Assembly: GCA_913043255.1 (NCBI GenBank)
Contig: CAJWLK010000009.1
Coordinates: forward strand, 27,706-91,705
DNA: 64,000 nt
Direction of reading: 5' to 3'
Source: an uncultured Gemmatimonadota bacterium
Lineage (GTDB): Bacteria > Gemmatimonadota > Gemmatimonadetes > Palauibacterales > Palauibacteraceae
The notes under the pieces are model-generated. The model ran no database searches, was not told the DNA's origin, and saw nothing but the letters and a program-made list of their open reading frames with translations. How positions within the stretch are numbered: the stretch's first letter is position 1; each line of letters opens with the position of its first letter. Positions 1 through 9,463 of the stretch are shown piece by piece. The position numbers and the translations under genes were made by a program.

Positions 1-417
1 CAGGCGATGGGACCGTGTCATCGATCCGCTACCAGTTAGTAAGACGCCTGGGTCTCCAGTCTCAATCAGGGTCAATAGTCGACACCATGCAGGATCTGTT
101 GAATCATGAATATCAAGAAGCACGTCAATCTCGCCGCCACATGAAAGCCCAACTCCTGCGGCCATCTCGTCCGTGATGCCGTAGGTGACGGTCTCAGGCG
201 CTTGCCCATCTAGTACAGCTAAGAGGCGTTCATGAAGGTCGCCCTCTACACAACCGCTTGAAATTGATCCGACAAACTCACCTGTACTCGAGACGGCAAA
301 GCGAGACCCTGGTGGGAGTGGTGCTGATCGACGCACGGAAATTAGGGTGGCGACCGCCACTTGATCGCCTTGGTCGAACCATCTATCCAATGCCTCTTGA
401 ACCACCTTTATGCTCAT
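1..417 (-). CDS. xdhC: XdhC/CoxI-family molybdenum cofactor maturation protein (N-terminal part; runs off the window edge)
   Basis: Absent from the ORF track; translated by hand: MSIKVVQEALDRWFDQGDQVAVATLISVRRSAPLPPGSRFAV...GSISSGCVEGD...TYGITDEMAAGVGLSCGGEIDV. GGAGG RBS just upstream; frame open to position 1. Confidence 0.85.
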   Translation of the reverse strand, partial: MSIKVVQEALDRWFDQGDQVAVATLISVRRSAPLPPGSRFAVSSTGEFVGSISSGCVEGDLHERLLAVLDGQAPETVTYGITDEMAAGVGLSCGGEIDVLLDIHDSTDPAWCRLLTLIETGDPGVLLTGSGSMTRSHRL

Positions 418-428
418 CACACCTCCGG

Positions 429-1412
429 TCAACCACTCCCGCGGACCTGCCGAATTGCTTCGGTGAGCACCGGAACTACTTCAAACAGATCGCCTACAAT
501 TCCAAAGTCAGAAACTCCGAAAATTGGAGCGTCCGCATCCCGGTTTATAGCGACAATCACCTTAGCCGTTCGTATGCCTGCTAGGTGTTGGATCGCTCCG
601 CTCACTCCCACTGCAAAATAAAGATTGGGAGATACTGTCTTGCCTGTTTGGCCAACTTGTTCACCATGGTCACGCCAGCCCGCGTCAACAACAGCGCGGC
701 TAGCACCAAGCGCAGCTTCATCTCCTAGTGCTTCGACCAACTCCTCAAGTATGTGCCAATTTTCCGGACCTTGCATGCCACGACCACCAGAAACCACAAT
801 GCTGGCTTCGCCGACGTCAAGTTTATTCCGATCACCAATCTCAACTGCAGTGGTAGTAACGCGGACTGGACCTTCAGGCGTTTCGAGCGAAACGATCTCA
901 CCAGCCCCAGTTTTCTCTTCAGGTTCGAATACATTAGGCCGGAGAGTCATCAACGCCGGGCCTGTGGTGAACTTCAGGGTGGCCATCGCCTTACCGGCAA
1001 ACATCGGCCGTTGGACAACGATGTCTCCACCCTCAACAGTCCAGGCCACCACTTCCGTTGCGACGGTGTGACCCAGCTTGGCCCCAACACGGGGTGCTAA
1101 ATCTTTCCCCCTAGCAGTCGCCGGGAAAAGCACAGCTTCATATTGACCCGACTCGGCAAGCGCCGTGACCACTGCAGAGTTCACATCGGGTTGATACAGG
1201 GCCAGGCTTTCATCTTCATAAATAAAAATTTTCTCCGCCCCATAAGAAGCTAATTCCGTTGCGGCAGTCTTTACGCCGATTGCGCCCAGCACGACCGCGT
1301 GAGCCTGCCCACCGAGTGTAGCGGCCAGCTGGTGAGCAGCCGTCAACACTTCACGTGAGGTTTTTTCAAAAATAGCGTCCCGAATCTCTACGTATGCCAG
1401 TACGTTCGCCAT
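429..1412 (-). CDS. etfA: Electron transfer flavoprotein alpha subunit
   Basis: VSGGRG, ASRAVVDAGW, QVGQTGKTV and GVSGAIQHLAG motifs. Confidence 0.96.
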   Translation of the reverse strand: MANVLAYVEIRDAIFEKTSREVLTAAHQLAATLGGQAHAVVLGAIGVKTAATELASYGAEKIFIYEDESLALYQPDVNSAVVTALAESGQYEAVLFPATARGKDLAPRVGAKLGHTVATEVVAWTVEGGDIVVQRPMFAGKAMATLKFTTGPALMTLRPNVFEPEEKTGAGEIVSLETPEGPVRVTTTAVEIGDRNKLDVGEASIVVSGGRGMQGPENWHILEELVEALGDEAALGASRAVVDAGWRDHGEQVGQTGKTVSPNLYFAVGVSGAIQHLAGIRTAKVIVAINRDADAPIFGVSDFGIVGDLFEVVPVLTEAIRQVRGSG

Positions 1413-2161
1413 CAGAGTGCTCCGACTTCTTCTCGCAGTGCTCTGATCAACTCAGGCACTGCGTCTGGACCTTCACCGACGATGCGCCCTGCAGCCGGCG
1501 CAGGCGGTTCATCGAGGGAGAGGAGCATGAGCGTAGAGGATGACAACACCACTTCTTTTTCTTCAAGTGGTTTCTTCTTGGCTGCCATAATTCCCTTTAG
1601 GCTTGGGTACCGAGGTTCGTTAAGCCCTTTTTGTACAGATACGACCGCTGGAAGCGAGAATTCCATGACCTCCTGACCACCTTCCACCTCACGTCGAGCA
1701 CTTACTCTGCCATCCGATACGCTCAGATCCACGACGACTGTAGCACAAGGCAACCCTAGAAATTCGGCAACCATCTGGGGCACTTGCATATTGTCGTCAT
1801 CAATAGCCTGCTTGCCAAAAAGAACGAGATCGAACTCGCGGCCCTGAATTTCGTCTGCAAGAGCGCGCGACACCGGAAGTGCATCGTGTAATCCCTCACA
1901 GCGAAGCAGTACGGCCTCGTCAGCTCCCATGGCCAAAGCCTGGCGCAGAGATTCGGCTGCATCAGCGGAACCCAGTGCTATCGCTACTACCGATCCTTCC
2001 CCCGCCTGCTCTTTTCGCCTTATGGCTTCCTCAAGCGCAAATTCATCATACGGATTGATCACGAACTTCACGCCCGCTGGATCCAAAGACCGACCGTCTT
2101 CCGCTACCCGAACGCGAGTAGCCGAGTCTGGTACACGTTTTATACAAACGATGGTATTCAC
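1412..2161 (-). CDS. etfB: Electron transfer flavoprotein beta subunit
   Basis: VCIKRVPD, INPYDEFALEEA, GKQAID and NEPRYPSLKGIMAAKKK; stop overlaps the etfA start. Confidence 0.96.
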   Translation of the reverse strand: MNTIVCIKRVPDSATRVRVAEDGRSLDPAGVKFVINPYDEFALEEAIRRKEQAGEGSVVAIALGSADAAESLRQALAMGADEAVLLRCEGLHDALPVSRALADEIQGREFDLVLFGKQAIDDDNMQVPQMVAEFLGLPCATVVVDLSVSDGRVSARREVEGGQEVMEFSLPAVVSVQKGLNEPRYPSLKGIMAAKKKPLEEKEVVLSSSTLMLLSLDEPPAPAAGRIVGEGPDAVPELIRALREEVGAL

Positions 2162-2262
2162 CTGGTCGCTTCTTCCAGTTTTTATGGTTCGTTGCCCCCA
2201 AGCAGAGGCAGGTGTTGTAGACGATGGTTACTCCCGGTACAACGCCATTACTCGATGACGAG

Positions 2263-2847
2263 CTAACGGCTCTGGCAAATCTCAATCTCGTCGTTTGTCA
2301 GAGAACAGATGCGAAAGGCAATCAAGTCGATCAAATCGTCCGTCACCTCTCTTTCCTGACGGATACGCTCGCGCTCATCTTCGGAGCCCGACGAGGCCCC
2401 TCGGAGACAGATGAATCGGTCGGCTAACCACTCGAGAAAATCATTTACTACATCTCGGTGCTCATGATCACGGTCCGGTTCCCCGTTTGCAGACCGTGGC
2501 AGGAGCGCGTCAATAAGCGTGAGAAGACCCGGGAAGACCATTTCCGTAAATAGGTCGTCGCCAACCATCTCCTCCGCAGCCTCAGCTTCCCAGCTAAGCT
2601 CGTTCCAATAGAGTTCGCAAGCTTCTTCAAACAGGTGTTTTCGTATGTCTGGCGTTGAACGGTTCGCCACAAGATCGCCAGCCCCGATCTGTCTTTCTAT
2701 CGCTTGCTGAATACCTAAGATACGCTCCTGGACGAGCGTCTTCGCTGCCACAAGCGACTCGCCTTGTGGCAACTCCATCACTGGGGGTGGGGTGGGCATA
2801 TCTCCGTTCACGGAGCCGAAGATGTCATGGCGTCTCTGCAGGAACAA
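2263..2847 (-). CDS. Hypothetical acidic helical protein
   Basis: 194-aa ORF with protein-like composition, co-oriented with etfBA; true start may be the downstream MPTPPP ATG. Confidence 0.7.
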   Translation of the reverse strand: MFLQRRHDIFGSVNGDMPTPPPVMELPQGESLVAAKTLVQERILGIQQAIERQIGAGDLVANRSTPDIRKHLFEEACELYWNELSWEAEAAEEMVGDDLFTEMVFPGLLTLIDALLPRSANGEPDRDHEHRDVVNDFLEWLADRFICLRGASSGSEDERERIRQEREVTDDLIDLIAFRICSLTNDEIEICQSR

Positions 2848-3139
2848 GGAGGCGGAAGAGACATTTATATCTCCACACGTGATACGGAAAAGGGGGAGCC
2901 CATATCTTCGGTAAGCATCTGCGGGCGAATCTCGCTAGGAGCTTTTCTGTGACTGAGTGGTACGATTCTCATTAAAAGTAAAAGTTTTCAGGCCCAGTTT
3001 TCTTTATTGGCATTGGCCAACTGACCAAGCACAGCGGATGATAGCGAGGTGGCAAAACATGTTGGGCGGAGTATTATCAGACTTGGACTGATTGCGCATA
3101 ATCTTCTTGATAGAATCCGAATATAGGAGACAGGAACAC

Positions 3140-4381
3140 GTGAACTCCAGGAACCTTCAGTGGCTAGAGGCGGAGTACACTCGCCGTTCCTTCCTCAGGC
3201 GAGTAGGTGGAGCCGGAAGCGGTTTGGCCTTGTTCGGGGCTGGGGGTACAGTGTGGGCTGCTGAGCCAACTTCAACTACCGGACCCGGGGCTCTTCAAGA
3301 AACACCTTTCCCGGTGGGGAAGGACGTCGACAGTCTGATCCGGCATTCTGGCCTAACGTTTGAAACAAAAAGAGATGCATTCGGGACCAGCACCATCGTC
3401 CCCTATGAGCGTCTCTTTGTGCGAAACAATCTCCCAACACCGGATCGTGCTCTGGTCGATGATCGGAACGCATGGACGTTATCTGTAGAAGGAGTGGCAC
3501 GTCCCGGCATACTAACACTTGTACAGTTGAAGGCCCTAGAGGTAGTGACGGTAGCAACAGTGCTTCAGTGTTCGGGAAATGGGCGCGCCTTTTTTGAACA
3601 TGAGGCAAGTGGCTCCCAGTGGGGTGTGGGTGCTGCAGGATGTGTTATTTGGAGCGGGGTCCCCGTTCGAGCGGTAGCAGAAGCCTTCGGGGGGGTCTCA
3701 CGGGGAGCACGGTTTGTAACAGGAACCGGGGGCGAGGAGCTTCCTGAAGGGATCTCCCCTGACGACGTGGTGGTGGAGCGTTCAATTCCGCTAGAAAAAG
3801 GGCTTGAAGACGCATTTTTAGCGTGGGAAATGAACGGAGAGCCGCTCCCCCTGGTCCACGGTGGTCCCCTGCGGCTGATTGTTCCAGGATACTTTGGAAT
3901 CAACCAAGTGAAGTTCCTCAGGACACTGGCCTTCACGCCGGAGGAAAGTAGTGCGGCGATCATGCAGACCGGATACCGCGTGCGTCCAATCGGGGAGAGC
4001 GGCGATCCAAATCAGCCCAGTATGTGGGAGATGAGTGTGAAGTCGTGGATCAATCACCCCAGCGGCGACGGTCCCATGCGTTCGGGTCGGGTTATGGTCG
4101 ACGGTGTGGCTTTCGGGGGCATGCGCGGTGTGCGTCGGGTTGAGCTCTCCGTAGATGGTGGGACCACTTGGCAAGATGCTCCTCTTATTGGTCCAAATCT
4201 GGGTCCGTATGCGTGGCGGCAATTCGCCGTGCCAGTAACCCTAGAAAGGGGTACGCATTTGCTCATGAGTCGTGCAGTTGACGATGCCGGCAACGTTCAA
4301 CCTGCTGACAGACTAGAGAACCATCGGGCATACGCAAACACGAGCTGGCGCGACCACGCGGTGACCGTAGAAGTCGAGTGA
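3140..4381 (+). CDS. Tat-exported sulfite oxidase-family molybdoenzyme (SorA/SorT-like sulfite dehydrogenase)
   Basis: Tat motif TRRSFL; FVRNNL; Mo-ligand Cys in LQCSGNGR; HGGPLRLIVPGYFG; C-terminal dimerisation domain (VELSVDGGTTW, YAWRQF). GTG start at 3140 chosen for its AGGAGA RBS. Confidence 0.9.
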   Translation: MNSRNLQWLEAEYTRRSFLRRVGGAGSGLALFGAGGTVWAAEPTSTTGPGALQETPFPVGKDVDSLIRHSGLTFETKRDAFGTSTIVPYERLFVRNNLPTPDRALVDDRNAWTLSVEGVARPGILTLVQLKALEVVTVATVLQCSGNGRAFFEHEASGSQWGVGAAGCVIWSGVPVRAVAEAFGGVSRGARFVTGTGGEELPEGISPDDVVVERSIPLEKGLEDAFLAWEMNGEPLPLVHGGPLRLIVPGYFGINQVKFLRTLAFTPEESSAAIMQTGYRVRPIGESGDPNQPSMWEMSVKSWINHPSGDGPMRSGRVMVDGVAFGGMRGVRRVELSVDGGTTWQDAPLIGPNLGPYAWRQFAVPVTLERGTHLLMSRAVDDAGNVQPADRLENHRAYANTSWRDHAVTVEVE

Positions 4382-4758
4382 AGTCAACCCGGTTATTATT
4401 CATGACTTTGACTCTCCTGCTACCACTGGGAATTGGCTCCTGTACGACACTCAGCTTGCAAGGTGGTGGAGACTCAACCGAAAACAGTCTGATGGAACTA
4501 GGCCGTGCTGTGTTTATAGAACTGTCCGAACCACAGTGCGGAGCATGTCACGTCCTCAAAGATGCTGGCACGCGCGGGATGATCGGCCCCGACCTGGACG
4601 CGCTGGGGCCGGATACAGATCGCGTCATAGCGGCGGTGTCCGGCGGCGTGGGAGTGATGGGTGCTCAGGAACATTTAACGGCCCAGGAGGTCAAGGCGGT
4701 AGCACACTACGTCGCCATGACGACCAACGGCATGGTATATAGCAAACCTAGAGATTGA
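4378..4758 (+). CDS. Monoheme cytochrome c, SorB/SorU-like partner (probable lipoprotein)
   Basis: CGACH heme motif, GPDLD, distal Met (GVGVM), signal peptide ending IGSC; overlaps the upstream stop. Confidence 0.85.
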   Translation: MKSTRLLFMTLTLLLPLGIGSCTTLSLQGGGDSTENSLMELGRAVFIELSEPQCGACHVLKDAGTRGMIGPDLDALGPDTDRVIAAVSGGVGVMGAQEHLTAQEVKAVAHYVAMTTNGMVYSKPRD

Positions 4759-4862
4759 CATTATCGTTGCAAATCCTAGAAATCCGCCAGAAGCTCTGAC
4801 TTTGTGCAATAGCTACGGTCAGCCACAGTGCGAAAAGCAAAGGTTAAATCGCCCGCCTAGTG

Positions 4863-4890
4863 TGCAACGGTCTTGATCCCGGAGGTGTTA
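4863..4890 (+). promoter_or_regulatory. Putative autoregulatory ECF sigma promoter
   Basis: TGCAAC (4863-4868), 17 nt, TGTTA (4886-4890), about 11 nt before ATG 4902 of the ECF gene; resembles the AAC/CGT ECF consensus. Confidence 0.45.
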
Positions 4891-4901
4891 TTTATGTTGC
4901 A

Positions 4902-5576
4902 ATGGAAATGTCCGTGGTGCAGCAAACGCGAACCGAACCGCATTCTCTAAATTCGTTGACTGAATCGACGTCGTCTAGTTCACAAGATCTAGACCAAGAA
5001 ATCGAGGAGCCAGGACTTGTCGAGGCCGTTCAGTCTGGCGACTTGAATGCTTTTTCACCGCTCGTAGCAAGGTATAGCTCGCCAGCATATGCAGTGGCTT
5101 TATCAATCTTACGCCATGAAGAGGATGCTGAAGATGCTGTACAAGCGGCCTTTATCCGTGCCTTGAATAAAATTGGCCAGCTCCGACCGGGGAGTCGGTT
5201 CGGGCCGTGGTTCTATCGCGTACTGCGGAGCACCTGTTTAAATCTAAGGCGTCATGAAATGGTGAGAGGACGAGGCTCTGTCGGGATAGAGCTAGACGTC
5301 GAGGACATGGCAACGTCAGAAGAAAATCCACATCGAGAGTTTGAACGAACGGATGCACGGAAAAGAGTGTTGGAGGCTCTACACCAACTTCCCGAGCGAC
5401 AGCGTACCGCGGTCATGATGTATGACTTAGAAGGATACGACCATGAGGACATTGCAAAGGTGCTCGGCATTGCGGTTGGCACTTCGCGGGCAAATCTGCA
5501 CCACGGAAGAAAAGCGCTGAAGCGAGCCCTCACGGGCAACATCGAATCAGGCCAGGGAGAGCAAGAAGATGACTGA
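4902..5576 (+). CDS. ECF (sigma-70 group 4) RNA polymerase sigma factor
   Basis: DAEDAVQAAF, FGPWFYRV and region 4 LPERQR...IAKVLGIAVGTSRANLHHGR; start moved from GTG 4860 to ATG 4902. Confidence 0.92.
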   Translation: MEMSVVQQTRTEPHSLNSLTESTSSSSQDLDQEIEEPGLVEAVQSGDLNAFSPLVARYSSPAYAVALSILRHEEDAEDAVQAAFIRALNKIGQLRPGSRFGPWFYRVLRSTCLNLRRHEMVRGRGSVGIELDVEDMATSEENPHREFERTDARKRVLEALHQLPERQRTAVMMYDLEGYDHEDIAKVLGIAVGTSRANLHHGRKALKRALTGNIESGQGEQEDD

Positions 5577-5979
5577 CGACCAACCAGACTGGAACAACAT
5601 GAAGTCACCGTCCGAGTGGCCCGAGTATCTCAAACCGCTGAGGCCAGACGAGGTGACTCAGTACCGTATCCGGAAACGTGTCATGGCCTCAGCTGAAGGG
5701 TTAAGGAATAGACGCATTGGTACCTGGTTTGATGTGACTGCGGGATGGTCAACCATACTGGCACCAGTCGCGGCCAGCTTACTAGTTGTTTTCGGTATAT
5801 TAGCATATAGGGCCGCGGTTCCAACCAGTGAAGAACGGATCGTATTCGATTCGACACCGGCATCAATAGACTTGCTGCCTTCGCTTGCTCCAGATGCAGA
5901 ACAATTACCAATACTACTTATCGACACTGCTGAACCAAGCAGAGATGCCGTACTCGCTGCGGCATTGATCACACCGTAA
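5569..5979 (+). CDS. Putative single-TM anti-sigma factor
   Basis: Overlaps the sigma stop; one hydrophobic helix (ILAPVAASLLVVFGILAY). Confidence 0.65.
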   Translation: MTDDQPDWNNMKSPSEWPEYLKPLRPDEVTQYRIRKRVMASAEGLRNRRIGTWFDVTAGWSTILAPVAASLLVVFGILAYRAAVPTSEERIVFDSTPASIDLLPSLAPDAEQLPILLIDTAEPSRDAVLAAALITP

Positions 5980-6000
5980 AGATTTAAAACGAAATAAGGG

Positions 6001-6432
6001 TTGGATTCTATGAATTCTTCGAAAACTAGAGCAGTGCTTCTTTTGGTTATGACATTTGCATCCGGTGTAGCAGCAGGTGTGGCAGGAGACAGATTCGACT
6101 TGATCCCTGCTGTAGCGGAAGCTACCGAGCCTGCCCTAGAAACGGACCCGTCGGACGACAAGAAACAAACAGCGATAGAATACTTTTCTGACAACCTTGG
6201 CCTTACTGTAGAACAGCGCTTCGAAGTTGAAATTCTTCTCGATTATTATCGATCTTCTGCCCACAATCTTCAAAAAACAGTTCGTCCTCAGTATCAAGCG
6301 CTAATGGATTCAGTGCGAACGAAGATGGAAGCCATTCTCAGCGATGACCAGGTGGAAAAGTTCCGGGACATACTTCAGAAGTACGGGCCAGGCAAGAATC
6401 GTCAGGACAACCCGCCATATGATCAAAATTAA
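6001..6432 (+). CDS. Membrane-anchored periplasmic Spy/CpxP/heavy-metal-sensor-like helical protein
   Basis: N-terminal TM (FASGVAAG), LGLTVEQ and ILSDDQ LTxxQ-like motifs; usual third gene of such ECF operons. Confidence 0.65.
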   Translation: MDSMNSSKTRAVLLLVMTFASGVAAGVAGDRFDLIPAVAEATEPALETDPSDDKKQTAIEYFSDNLGLTVEQRFEVEILLDYYRSSAHNLQKTVRPQYQALMDSVRTKMEAILSDDQVEKFRDILQKYGPGKNRQDNPPYDQN

Positions 6433-6453
6433 CTCGCGATACAATTCTTCTCT

Positions 6454-7878
6454 ATGAAAATGAAATCATTGCGATCACTAACAAACCAGCTTCATCGGGG
6501 GCTGAAGGTTGGCTCCACGGAACAAGGACTGATGACGAGCAAATATAGAAGCAGATACGGAGGCCGGTGTACTAAAGCACTTCGAAGGTGCATTGTCGCA
6601 CTCATCACCCTAGCGACACCATTGTCCGTCGACGTGCGTGCGCAAGAACTGCCAGGCGAGGCTTTTCGCCCAATTACGATCGAAGAAGCAGTCGAAGCCG
6701 CTCGCCGCCGAAACCCTTCACTCCAACAAGCCTACTCGGCAATCGAACAGGCCGAACATAATCGGCTCGGCGCATACGGGCAGTTTCTTCCTGCCGTCAA
6801 CATGAGCTTTGGCTACGGGAACTCCTCGTCAGGTCGACTCGACGCAATCGGCCAGGGAATCGTCACATCTAGTTACTCTACTCAGCTCACCGCTGGTTAC
6901 AATTTGTTTGACGGCTGGAGACGATTCACAGACCTAAAGGGAGCTAAACTCGGAGTTGTTGAGCAGAATGCACGATACCGTCAGGCTGAGTTCCAGATCG
7001 TTCAACAGGTTAAACAGGCCTACTCCGCTGCGGTAGCAGCACGCGAATTGGTTGGAGTTGAAGAACGCCGAGAGGCTCGACAAGAAGACCAGCTCGAATT
7101 TGTGCAGCAACAGCTTGAACTTGGGCGCGCTACACGATCAGACCTACTCCGATCTCAAGTTGACCTTAACAACGCAAGACTCGCCGTATTAAACGCACAG
7201 AACAATAGACGGACGACCACCTTCCGTTTAACGGAAGTTGTGGGCTCTGAAACGCGCGTAGGGCCAACGGCAGAGGCAGCACTAGAAATAAACCCACTAC
7301 CTTTCACACGCGACGAGTTATTCGCGATGGCGGGCACCTCTGCACCATCGCTTCAAAGTGCTGAAGCCGCGACAAAGGCAGCAGAAGCTGCGGTTTCAAG
7401 CGCTCGCTCGGCGTACCTGCCATCCCTATCGATGAGCGCGGGATGGGCGTGGGCCAATCAAGAGTTTCCGCCTCAAAATCGGTCGTGGTCGCTGTCACTG
7501 CGCGGTTCATATCCGCTATTCAATGGGTTCCAACGCGAAGTACAGGTATTTCAGGCACGGGCACGGGCTGACGTCGCGCAGGAGCAGGAGCGCGCCGCAC
7601 AGCTCAATCTAAGTTCAGAACTGGACGGCGCGTTTAGCACTACTCAATCAGCGCTTGCAGGTATCGATCTCGCTGGACAGAACGTCGAGCTTAGCGAAGA
7701 GAGTTTGCGGGTCGTCCAAGAGCGCTACCGGCTGGGACTCGCGACTATTCTGGAGCTTCAGGATGCTCAAATCACACTAACTCAGGCGGAAAGCGACTTG
7801 GTGAGCCGACGATTTGATTATCAGCTTGCCGTAGCAGCCATTGAGGCCCTCTTAGGTCGGGCCGTCGACCAGTTTTAG
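6454..7878 (+). CDS. TolC-family outer membrane efflux protein
   Basis: Duplicated OEP repeats (AARRRNPSL, FLPAV/YLPSL, YNLFDG/YPLFNG, ERYRLGLATILEL); true start probably downstream. Confidence 0.93.
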   Translation: MKMKSLRSLTNQLHRGLKVGSTEQGLMTSKYRSRYGGRCTKALRRCIVALITLATPLSVDVRAQELPGEAFRPITIEEAVEAARRRNPSLQQAYSAIEQAEHNRLGAYGQFLPAVNMSFGYGNSSSGRLDAIGQGIVTSSYSTQLTAGYNLFDGWRRFTDLKGAKLGVVEQNARYRQAEFQIVQQVKQAYSAAVAARELVGVEERREARQEDQLEFVQQQLELGRATRSDLLRSQVDLNNARLAVLNAQNNRRTTTFRLTEVVGSETRVGPTAEAALEINPLPFTRDELFAMAGTSAPSLQSAEAATKAAEAAVSSARSAYLPSLSMSAGWAWANQEFPPQNRSWSLSLRGSYPLFNGFQREVQVFQARARADVAQEQERAAQLNLSSELDGAFSTTQSALAGIDLAGQNVELSEESLRVVQERYRLGLATILELQDAQITLTQAESDLVSRRFDYQLAVAAIEALLGRAVDQF

Positions 7879-8038
7879 ACAATCCGGCGATGATCTTCAG
7901 AGGCCCACAGAGAGAAACCGACCAGGCGACGAATAAACTGAAAAGTGTTGAGTGTTCACCTAGACCAAACAGGCTATGCCCCAGAAGGGGGCTGCCGTGA
8001 GAAGTCCGTCCAAGACGGCTAATAGGAGAGGATCCTTG

Positions 8039-9463
8039 ATGCGGTTCACAAGAACTGCCCAACAGAAGCCTACCGTTGTTGCAGCCTTGATCACTGTGCT
8101 CAGCGGCTGCACGACCGGGGAGGCAAACGAAGCTGAACAGACCCTTCAAATTGAGACGGCATCGCGACAGAGCATCGTATCAAGTGTTGAGGCGACGGGA
8201 ACGATCGAGCCCATTCGAATCATCGAGGTTAAATCGCAAGCAGGCGGAGAGGTATTGGATCTGCCTGTTGAACTCGGCGACAATGTTGAGCGTGGCAAAC
8301 TTCTCGTACGCATTGATCCACGTGATGTAAACAACGCTTACGCGCAGGCGAAAGCGGATCTTGATGTTGCGGTAGCACGCTTCGATGTCGCCGAGCGCCA
8401 ACTCAAAAGGATGCAAGAACTACACAATTCGGACATCGTCACCGCAGAGGAACTCGAGTCGGCAATTCTTGAGCACGCGAACGCAAATGCTGCGCTGGTA
8501 CGCGCACAAACCAACCTCGAGTTAGCAGAAGACAAGCTTAATGACGTGACACTCCGAGCACCAATCACGGGTACTATTGTGGAGCGCACGGTGGAACAAG
8601 GACAGGTCGTAACGGGGACTCGCGATCTCACTGGCGGCACCGTGTTGATGCGCATGGCAGACCTCAACGAGGTCCAAGTTCGAACGCTTGTCGATGAAAC
8701 CGATATCGGCCGTCTCGAACCCGGACTCCCCGCTGAAATCACGGTTGAAGCTTATCCAGATCGGACTTTCCGCGGGAGCGTTCTTAAGATCGAACCGCAA
8801 GCGGTTGTCGAACAAAACGTAACAATGTTTGCGGTGTTAACACGGATCCAGAATGAAGAAGATTTGCTCCGTCCAGGAATGAACTCTGATGTAGAGGTGG
8901 TCATCGGGCGACGACAGGCTGTGCTCTCTTTGCCCAATAGCGGAGTGAAAACTCAACAGGCAGCCCAACAGTTGGTAAACGCACTCGGAATCGAAGTGGA
9001 CGTCAACGCGCTGCTGCGAGAAATGCGAAGTGGGAGTGAGACGACGGAGGGTATGCAGCCGGCCGATGACGAGCCACTCATCAATGGGCGCCGACTGTCT
9101 GAGATCCAGTCATTATCACAGGCAGAACGCCGAGAATGGTTCCAAGGGCTCTCCGCTGCAGAACGTTCACAGATGATGCAACAATTCCAAGGTGGCGGGC
9201 GAGGTGAGGAACGCCGTAGGGATCGCCCGGCGGAAACCTCCGGCGAACCTAAACCAGCCTTCGTGTTCCATTATGACGAAATGGGCATGCTCACACTAAA
9301 AGCTGTCATGATCGGGCTGAGCGATTTTGATAACACGGAGATCGTAAGCGGAATGACGGAAGGAGAGGAAGTCGTCGCAGTTCCATTTTCGCTGATCCAA
9401 CGACAGGAATTTGTTGACCGCATCCGAAGTCGTTCCGGGTTACCAGGCATGGGTGCACGATGA
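8039..9463 (+). CDS. MacA-like periplasmic adaptor (membrane fusion protein), lipoprotein
   Basis: VLSGC lipobox, EVKSQAGGEV, LRAPITGTI, VDETDIG, LRPGMNS; AGGAGAGG RBS before ATG 8039. Confidence 0.92.
   Translation: MRFTRTAQQKPTVVAALITVLSGCTTGEANEAEQTLQIETASRQSIVSSVEATGTIEPIRIIEVKSQAGGEVLDLPVELGDNVERGKLLVRIDPRDVNNAYAQAKADLDVAVARFDVAERQLKRMQELHNSDIVTAEELESAILEHANANAALVRAQTNLELAEDKLNDVTLRAPITGTIVERTVEQGQVVTGTRDLTGGTVLMRMADLNEVQVRTLVDETDIGRLEPGLPAEITVEAYPDRTFRGSVLKIEPQAVVEQNVTMFAVLTRIQNEEDLLRPGMNSDVEVVIGRRQAVLSLPNSGVKTQQAAQQLVNALGIEVDVNALLREMRSGSETTEGMQPADDEPLINGRRLSEIQSLSQAERREWFQGLSAAERSQMMQQFQGGGRGEERRRDRPAETSGEPKPAFVFHYDEMGMLTLKAVMIGLSDFDNTEIVSGMTEGEEVVAVPFSLIQRQEFVDRIRSRSGLPGMGAR

Noticed and set aside
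258-621. Plus-strand ORFs 258-584 and 361-621
   Set aside because: Antisense shadows of xdhC and etfA, which have clear family motifs.
5658-6194. 178-aa minus-strand ORF
   Set aside because: Antisense to two coherent operon genes; Ser/Ala-rich shadow composition.
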